From an uncultured Ruminococcus sp. (GTDB lineage: Bacteria > Bacillota > Clostridia > Oscillospirales > CAG-272), in NCBI GenBank assembly GCA_964624685.1, contig CAZUYA010000006.1, positions 1 through 50,673 of the forward strand: a stretch of DNA of 50,673 nucleotides. Reading direction: 5' to 3'. Numbering within the stretch: the stretch's first letter is position 1; every line of letters begins with the position of its first letter. The notes beneath the pieces are model-generated. The model did no database searches, was not told where the DNA came from, and worked only from the letters and a program-made list of their open reading frames with translations. This document shows positions 45,118 through 50,673 of this stretch, in pieces. The position numbers and the translations under genes were made by a program.

Positions 45118-45597
45118 ATGATTGGAAAAAATACGGAAGCAAAAAAATTGATTGCCCAAAATAAAAAAGCTTACCATGATTATTTTGTGGATGAAAAGTA
45201 CGAGGCGGGAATCGCTTTGGCGGGAACAGAAGTAAAAAGCATTCGCAACGGTGGCGTAAACCTGAAAGATTCCTATTGTTCTTTTGAGGCGGGAGAACTT
45301 TTTGCAATCGGAATGCATATCAGTCCATATGAACAGGGAAATATTTTCAATACGGATCCGTTGCGGCAAAAAAAATTATTGATGCATCGTCGCGAGATTA
45401 TGAAGTTGCAGGGGTTGGTACAGCAAAAAGGTTATACCGTGGTTCCGCTGTCGTTGTATTTTTCCGGCAGTCATGTCAAAGTGGAATTGGGACTTTGCAG
45501 GGGAAAAAAGCTGTACGACAAGCGCGATGCCGATGCCAAACGTACTGCCGAACGGGATATTGACCGCCATATGAAAGATCGCAACTACGAAGGGTAA
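45118..45597 (+). CDS. smpB: SsrA-binding protein SmpB
   Basis: [26 protein letters not shown] and GKKLYDKR. Confidence 0.97.
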   Translation: MIGKNTEAKKLIAQNKKAYHDYFVDEKYEAGIALAGTEVKSIRNGGVNLKDSYCSFEAGELFAIGMHISPYEQGNIFNTDPLRQKKLLMHRREIMKLQGLVQQKGYTVVPLSLYFSGSHVKVELGLCRGKKLYDKRDADAKRTAERDIDRHMKDRNYEG

Positions 45598-45681
45598 GTC
45601 GACGAACAAGAAGAACGGTTGATCTTGTTTCGATCAATCGAACAGAACAAAATAAAACATGCAAGCAAAGGAAGGTATGAA

Positions 45682-46773
45682 ATGAAGCAATTATCTTTTC
45701 ATTCGGATGTTCTATGTGCGACCTCACGGTATTCGGATGCCTTGGTCTTACCGGATTATCCGTATTTGTCGAACGGGGATTTTGACCGTGAAACTGCATT
45801 GCAGGTATTGTTGATGGAAGAATACGGATTGATCGACGAAACCGATTTGTTTTGGAATGCTTCTGTTCAAACAACGGAGGACAAGCAATTCGCAGGAAAA
45901 TGCAAACACACCGTTGTACAATTTGATTTTGAAAAAAGAGGAGATCACGTCTCCTTTCCATTGCATATTTTTCAACCGTATGCCCATCCGAATGCCGAGA
46001 TGATTGTCCATCTCAATTTTCATCCGGATTTCCCAAACAAATATCTCCCGTTGGAGGAGTTGATGGATCGCGGCGTGGCAATTGCGCACCTGTGCTATAC
46101 GGATGTTACTTCGGACGATTCCGATTTTTCCGACGGATTGGCTCGCTTGGTCAGTGATCGCAACGACTGTCATTCTGCAGGAAAACTGGCAATATGGTCT
46201 TATGCCGCAAGATGTGCGGCAACATGGCTTTTGGAACACGGATTTGTCTGTGAGGATGCTTTATATGTTGCCGGACATTCCCGCTTGGGGAAGACCGCCT
46301 TGTTGACGGCGGCATTGGATCCGCGGTTCCGGGGTGTTTTGGTGAATTGTTCCGGTTGTTGCGGTGCCGCTGTTTCCCGTGAGAAAACCGGCGAAACGGT
46401 CGAGGCGATCTGCCGCGTGTTTCCGTATTGGTTTGCAACATGCTTTCATCAATATGCCAATCGTGAACAGGAGATGCCGTTCGATCAACATTATTTGTTA
46501 GCTTCCGTTGCGCCGCGGAAATTGTGTATTGTGACAGCCGAGGAGGATACATGGGCTGATACCGATGCACAATATCTTGCGGCTGAAGCGGCAGATGTCG
46601 TTTATCAAAAGGCTGGTGTCAAAGGTTTGGTACGGAATGGATTGCTGTTGCAAGGGCAACAATCGGTCGATGGTCAGATTGCATTTTCCAAGCGCGGCGG
46701 AACACATTTTTTCAGTCGCACGGATTGGAATTTCTTCATTGATTTTATTCGCAGACCGTCAGAAAACGGATGA
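45682..46773 (+). CDS. CE15-like (glucuronoyl/acetylxylan esterase-like) alpha/beta hydrolase
   Basis: GHSRLGKTAL nucleophile motif, SGCCGAA..R..GE, FPYWF, PFDQH.LLA..APR, D.WAD and GTH; no signal peptide. Confidence 0.8.
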   Translation: MKQLSFHSDVLCATSRYSDALVLPDYPYLSNGDFDRETALQVLLMEEYGLIDETDLFWNASVQTTEDKQFAGKCKHTVVQFDFEKRGDHVSFPLHIFQPYAHPNAEMIVHLNFHPDFPNKYLPLEELMDRGVAIAHLCYTDVTSDDSDFSDGLARLVSDRNDCHSAGKLAIWSYAARCAATWLLEHGFVCEDALYVAGHSRLGKTALLTAALDPRFRGVLVNCSGCCGAAVSREKTGETVEAICRVFPYWFATCFHQYANREQEMPFDQHYLLASVAPRKLCIVTAEEDTWADTDAQYLAAEAADVVYQKAGVKGLVRNGLLLQGQQSVDGQIAFSKRGGTHFFSRTDWNFFIDFIRRPSENG

Positions 46774-46848
46774 CAGATTGTATTCCGTCATATTTTTTAA
46801 CATTTTTGCATCAATCAATCAAAGAAACGAGCAATTTGTAAAAAATGC

Positions 46849-46877
46849 TTGCAAATCGGAACAAAAAGGTGTATAAT
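46849..46877 (+). promoter_or_regulatory. Sigma-A promoter of the Mrp gene
   Basis: TTGCAA-17 nt-TATAAT. Confidence 0.75.
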
Positions 46878-46935
46878 GTAAAGGATATGTATTTGAGAAT
46901 ACAGGATTTCGGACAGAAGAGAAAGGAAAGTAAAA

Positions 46936-47778
46936 ATGTCAGAATGTACGCATGATTGTTCGAGTTGTTCCAGCAATTGCAGCTCGCGCGAACAACCTCA
47001 AAGTCTTCAAATTCCGGCAAATGCCTTGAGTGAAGTCAAGCATGTGATCGGTGTGGTCAGCGGAAAGGGAGGCGTCGGAAAATCATTGGTTTCTTCCATG
47101 TTGGCGGTATTATTGCAACGGGAAGGGTATAAGGTCGGAATTTTGGATGCCGATATTACGGGACCGTCCATTCCCAAGGCATTCGGTTTGCATCAGGTTG
47201 AAGTGTTCGGAGATGATAACGGAATGATACCGCCATCCAGTACGACCGGAATCGACATTATGTCGGTTAATCTTTTGTTGGGGGCAGATGAAACCAAGCC
47301 TGTCGTTTGGCGCGGTGCTTTGATTGCCGGAACGGTACAGCAATTTTGGAAGGACACCATTTGGAATGCCGATGTTTTGATTGTCGATTGTCCTCCCGGA
47401 ACAGGAGATGTTCCGTTGACGGTCTTTCAGTCCTTGCCGTTGGATGGCATTGTTATTGTTTCCAGCCCGCAGGATCTGGTTTCCATGATTGTCAGCAAGG
47501 CGGCGAATATGGCATCTATGATGAATATCCCGGTGCTTGGATTGGTCGAGAATATGAGCTATGTAAAGTGTCCGGATTGTGGGAAGGAATTGCATGTATT
47601 CGGTGAAAGTCATATTGAAGAGGTGGCTGAAAAATTCGGATATGATCTTTTGGCACGGATTCCGATGGATCCCAAGTTGGCGGCTTTGGTTGACCGTGGG
47701 ATGATCGAATTGATGGAAAATGATTTTATGGATCATGCGGCGCAGGTCATCATTGAAAAATTAAAAATGAATCATTGA
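46936..47778 (+). CDS. Mrp/NBP35 Fe-S cluster carrier ATPase
   Basis: N-terminal CTHDCSSC, SGKGGVGKS, DADITGPSIP, VVWRG, DCPPGTGD and ENMS..CPDC. Confidence 0.95.
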   Translation: MSECTHDCSSCSSNCSSREQPQSLQIPANALSEVKHVIGVVSGKGGVGKSLVSSMLAVLLQREGYKVGILDADITGPSIPKAFGLHQVEVFGDDNGMIPPSSTTGIDIMSVNLLLGADETKPVVWRGALIAGTVQQFWKDTIWNADVLIVDCPPGTGDVPLTVFQSLPLDGIVIVSSPQDLVSMIVSKAANMASMMNIPVLGLVENMSYVKCPDCGKELHVFGESHIEEVAEKFGYDLLARIPMDPKLAALVDRGMIELMENDFMDHAAQVIIEKLKMNH

Positions 47779-47901
47779 TGCGCATCAACATGTAAAATAT
47801 GAAACCTTGACGGATTAGAATTGTCCTCGGAAGCATTTTCTCGATGAAGTAACGGATTCTGGGAAGCTTTCGGGGGCTTTTTTGAATGATTTTTGATGTA
47901 G

Positions 47902-48138
47902 TTACGTTCGACCGAATCGTTCCGTCAGAAGAACACTGAATGCCGTGATTGCCGCCGGATAGAGCAATTCTTCGATTACTACCGATGGTTGATAAGCGAA
48001 TGCGTCGGCAGGGGAAGTATCCAGTGTGATTTGATAGGCAATGAACGATGCGATTGCAGAAAGCACCAAAAGCGGCAATTCGATTTGTAAAAGAATCCTT
48101 GTTGCGCGGCATGGACTGTTTGGATTGGAAGACATCAT
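47902..48138 (-). CDS. Small hypothetical membrane protein
   Basis: AAGGAG RBS, two hydrophobic stretches and a TATAAT upstream on the minus strand. Confidence 0.55.
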   Translation of the reverse strand: MMSSNPNSPCRATRILLQIELPLLVLSAIASFIAYQITLDTSPADAFAYQPSVVIEELLYPAAITAFSVLLTERFGRT

Positions 48139-48275
48139 TTTTTCTCCTTTTGGTTAGTGGTTTGCTTTTATTATACCATTTCAAAAGTGGAAAATCTATG
48201 CAAAAATATTGTTAAAATTGAAATCACTTGCATAATCTGTATAAAAATGCCGTTTGGCAGAATCTTGGAGGAGTT

Positions 48276-48545
48276 ATGCAAGTATCTCAATGGAATGCGT
48301 CGTCAGTTGCATTGACAGAAGAATCCGTTTATTTCGGAGGAATGAACTTAAAATATCAACTCTTGTTGTATGCCGGAAATTTGTGGAATCGCTTTTTTAT
48401 TCGTGTGATGCGGGATGGCGAATGTTGTGTGGCAGATGCGGGTGCCGATTTGACAAGAGCATTCGCATGGTATCAAGATGTGGTGCGGGGCAGTACAACC
48501 CCGTGTGCTTTGACAGAGGTGATGCGAATTCTGCGGGAAGAATAA
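48276..48545 (+). CDS. DUF6514-like small protein
   Basis: Y.L...F.I.V...E......D...A..W...V.RG.TTP..L.EV pattern; GGAGGAG RBS; start uncertain. Confidence 0.6.
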   Translation: MQVSQWNASSVALTEESVYFGGMNLKYQLLLYAGNLWNRFFIRVMRDGECCVADAGADLTRAFAWYQDVVRGSTTPCALTEVMRILREE

Positions 48546-48562
48546 AAAATTCAAGAAACCTC

Positions 48563-48591
48563 TTTACTTTTTTGCGGTTTTGTGATATACT
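48563..48591 (+). promoter_or_regulatory. Probable sigma-A promoter of nrdR
   Basis: TTTACT-17 nt-TATACT with extended TG. Confidence 0.55.
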
Positions 48592-48646
48592 GATTTGGAA
48601 AAAATGAAGAAAGAGCATCTGTCAAAGATGCGACGGGAAACCCAAA

Positions 48647-49108
48647 ATGAAATGTCCTGGATGTGGATATCCTGAAAGTAAAGTGATCGATTCCAGACCG
48701 ACAGCGGAAGGAAACAGCATTCGCCGCCGTCGGGAATGTCTGGCTTGCCAAAAACGTTTTACAACTTTTGAAACGATTGAAACACCGACGATCATTGTGA
48801 TCAAAAAGAACGGCGGAAAAGAGCTGTTTGATAAACAAAAATTGCTTTCCGGTGTTTTGAAAGCAACGCAAAAACGTCCGGTCGATGCCGTGACATTGGT
48901 GGATGAGATCGAAGCCGAATTACAAAATACCTTGCGTGAAGAAGTGCCGTCCATGGAGATCGGCGAAATGGTGATGCGCAAATTAAAGGAACGTGACGAG
49001 GTGTCTTACGTTCGATTTGCATCGGTTTATCGTGAATTTAAGGATATTGATACTTTTATGCAAGAGTTGCGGGAGCTGAAAGAAAAAACGGAGGAAAAGA
49101 AGCTATGA
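48647..49108 (+). CDS. nrdR: Transcriptional repressor NrdR
   Basis: MKCPGC..SKVIDSR..IRRRREC..C..RFTTFE, ATP cone and YVRFASVYREF. Confidence 0.97.
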   Translation: MKCPGCGYPESKVIDSRPTAEGNSIRRRRECLACQKRFTTFETIETPTIIVIKKNGGKELFDKQKLLSGVLKATQKRPVDAVTLVDEIEAELQNTLREEVPSMEIGEMVMRKLKERDEVSYVRFASVYREFKDIDTFMQELRELKEKTEEKKL

Positions 49109-50196
49109 GAGCCTTATTGGTGGGGGATTTGTCTCCGACGAGTGTGACCGATCCGTTATTCGCAAACCAAAAAATCGACGAGCTCTTCCATGATGTACGG
49201 GATCTGTTTGTCGGCAATCAAGTCAATTTTGTTAATTTGGAATGTGCATTGACCGACCACACACAAAGCATTGAAAAATTTGGACCTCCCCTCAAGGCTT
49301 GTGCCGAAACCGCAGATGTCCTGAAAACGATCGGTGTGACTGTGTGCGGGTTGAGCAACAATCATATTTTTGATTACGGCAAGGTCGGTGCTTTGGATAC
49401 CATGGAAAATCTTGCGCGCGTCGGAATCGACTTTACGGGCTTTGGCGACAATTATCAGGCATCCCGCAAAAATTACACGGTGGAAGCCGACGGTGAGCGA
49501 TTGACCATCCTTGCGGTCTGTGAGCATGAGTATTCTTACGCATTGGAACATCGTATGGGCAGTCGTCCTTACGATGAATACGATACGATGACGGATATTC
49601 GTGCGGCGCGCGCGGATTGTGATCGTTTGATCGTTATTTATCACGGTGGGAAGGAAATGTGCCAATATCCGTCGCCGCGCTTGCGTAAGCTTTGCCGCGC
49701 CATGGTGGAGAACGGTGCCGATGTGGTGTTGTGTCAGCACAGTCATTGCATCGGTTGCTACGAGCGGTATCTGGAGGGACACATTCTGTACGGGCAGGGC
49801 AATTTCCATTTTGTAAAACCGTTGTTTTCCGTGGATGCGAAAAAATGGAATTGTTCGCTGGCGGTGCGATACGATTCCGAAACGAATACTGTCGAATTTC
49901 TTCCGTTGCATGTATTTGAAAACGGCATCGAAGTGGCAAAGGGGGCTGAAGCTGCCGAAATCATGGCGGAATTTGAACACAGAAATGCCGAGTTGGCAAG
50001 CGGTGCATGGCGGGAGAAGTGGCATGAATTTGCCGTGAGCGTTCGCGAGCAGTATTTGGATGTACTTGCCAAGGCGTTTGCACCGGGATCCACCAAATTG
50101 CAGGATGATTGTTTCGGTCACTATTTGGATTGTGAAGCGCACACCGATGTTTTTCGTGAACTTTGCCCGACGGCGAATCAAACGAACGAGCTTTGA
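49105..50196 (+). CDS. CapA/PGA_cap family metallophosphoesterase
   Basis: VGD, NLE, LSNNHIFDYG, HGGKE, HSH and YGQGNF; ATGA overlap with nrdR. Confidence 0.88.
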   Translation: MRALLVGDLSPTSVTDPLFANQKIDELFHDVRDLFVGNQVNFVNLECALTDHTQSIEKFGPPLKACAETADVLKTIGVTVCGLSNNHIFDYGKVGALDTMENLARVGIDFTGFGDNYQASRKNYTVEADGERLTILAVCEHEYSYALEHRMGSRPYDEYDTMTDIRAARADCDRLIVIYHGGKEMCQYPSPRLRKLCRAMVENGADVVLCQHSHCIGCYERYLEGHILYGQGNFHFVKPLFSVDAKKWNCSLAVRYDSETNTVEFLPLHVFENGIEVAKGAEAAEIMAEFEHRNAELASGAWREKWHEFAVSVREQYLDVLAKAFAPGSTKLQDDCFGHYLDCEAHTDVFRELCPTANQTNEL

Positions 50197-50333
50197 ACGC
50201 GCTTTTTCGGAGTACGGAAATAAAAAATATGTATGGCGATTCCGATTTTTGCCTGAAAAAGCTCAAAAACAAGAGAAAATAAGAGCTTTGAATAGGATAA
50301 ATTAAAAAAATCGAAAAAAGTTTTCAAAAAGGC

Positions 50334-50362
50334 TTGACAAGACCGAAAATCTGTGTTATAAT
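50334..50362 (+). promoter_or_regulatory. Strong sigma-A promoter of rplM
   Basis: TTGACA-17 nt-TATAAT consensus with extended TG. Confidence 0.92.
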
Positions 50363-50410
50363 AGGCAAGCATGAAAAATATTTATTATTGATTTTCGGAG
50401 GAATACTACA

Positions 50411-50673
50411 ATGTCTACATTTATGCAGAAAAAAGAAAATGTAGTCCGCAAGTGGTACATTCTGGATGCAGCAGGCAAGCCGATCGGAAAAACTGCCGTT
50501 GCAGCTGCCGATCTTTTGCGCGGCAAGAATGCACCCGAATTTACCCCTCATGTGGATTGCGGAAACTTTGTGATTGTCATCAACGCCGATAAGGCAGTCT
50601 TGACCGGTAAGAAGTTGGAGCAGAAGTATTATTACCATCATTCCGGTTATATCGGCGGTATGAAGGCTGTGCA
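50411..50673 (+). CDS. rplM: 50S ribosomal protein L13 (3'-truncated by the window)
   Basis: [55 protein letters not shown]; GGAGG RBS. Confidence 0.97.
   Translation, partial: MSTFMQKKENVVRKWYILDAAGKPIGKTAVAAADLLRGKNAPEFTPHVDCGNFVIVINADKAVLTGKKLEQKYYYHHSGYIGGMKAV

Noticed and set aside
45118-45680. tmRNA gene next to smpB
   Set aside because: The ~85-nt gap is too short and has no GGGG...CCACCA tRNA-like ends.
49105-50196. Poly-gamma-glutamate capsule locus
   Set aside because: Only a lone CapA-family gene without a signal or TM segment; no capB or capC.

Overview
Chromosomal window of a Clostridia-type Bacillota (sigma-A promoters, yabP/yabQ sporulation genes, cdaA, hemZ). There is no CRISPR array, rRNA/tRNA gene, transposase or phage gene. 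The accessory left half (1-25.7 kb) holds three things. (i) Two tandem paralogous genes for TasA-like proteins (SipW-class signal visible in the complete copy) carrying variable GLUG-like beta-solenoid modules. Two related mosaic GTAG/CGTC REP-type repeat clusters flank the second gene, and a frameshifted adhesin-domain remnant follows it. (ii) A ~16 kb operon: a 2410-aa S8 protease with PA, Ig-like and BspA-type LRR regions and anchors at both ends, an accessory lipoprotein, an oversized OppA, OppBCDF and a small membrane protein. (iii) A convergent tldD-pmbA peptidase pair. Parts (ii) and (iii) look like a Gram-positive 'protein utilisation locus', the best candidate for an undescribed system. 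The right half is mostly housekeeping: COG0523 metallochaperone pair, cdaA plus a TM-only CdaR-like miniprotein, FAD oxidoreductase, rseC-like, recJ, relA, dtd, hemZ, nucleoside kinase, amidohydrolase, yabM-like flippase, HU, yabO/P/Q, divIC-like, smpB, CE15-like esterase, Mrp, nrdR, CapA-family and the start of rplM. All calls rest on motif recognition by eye; no database searches were run.
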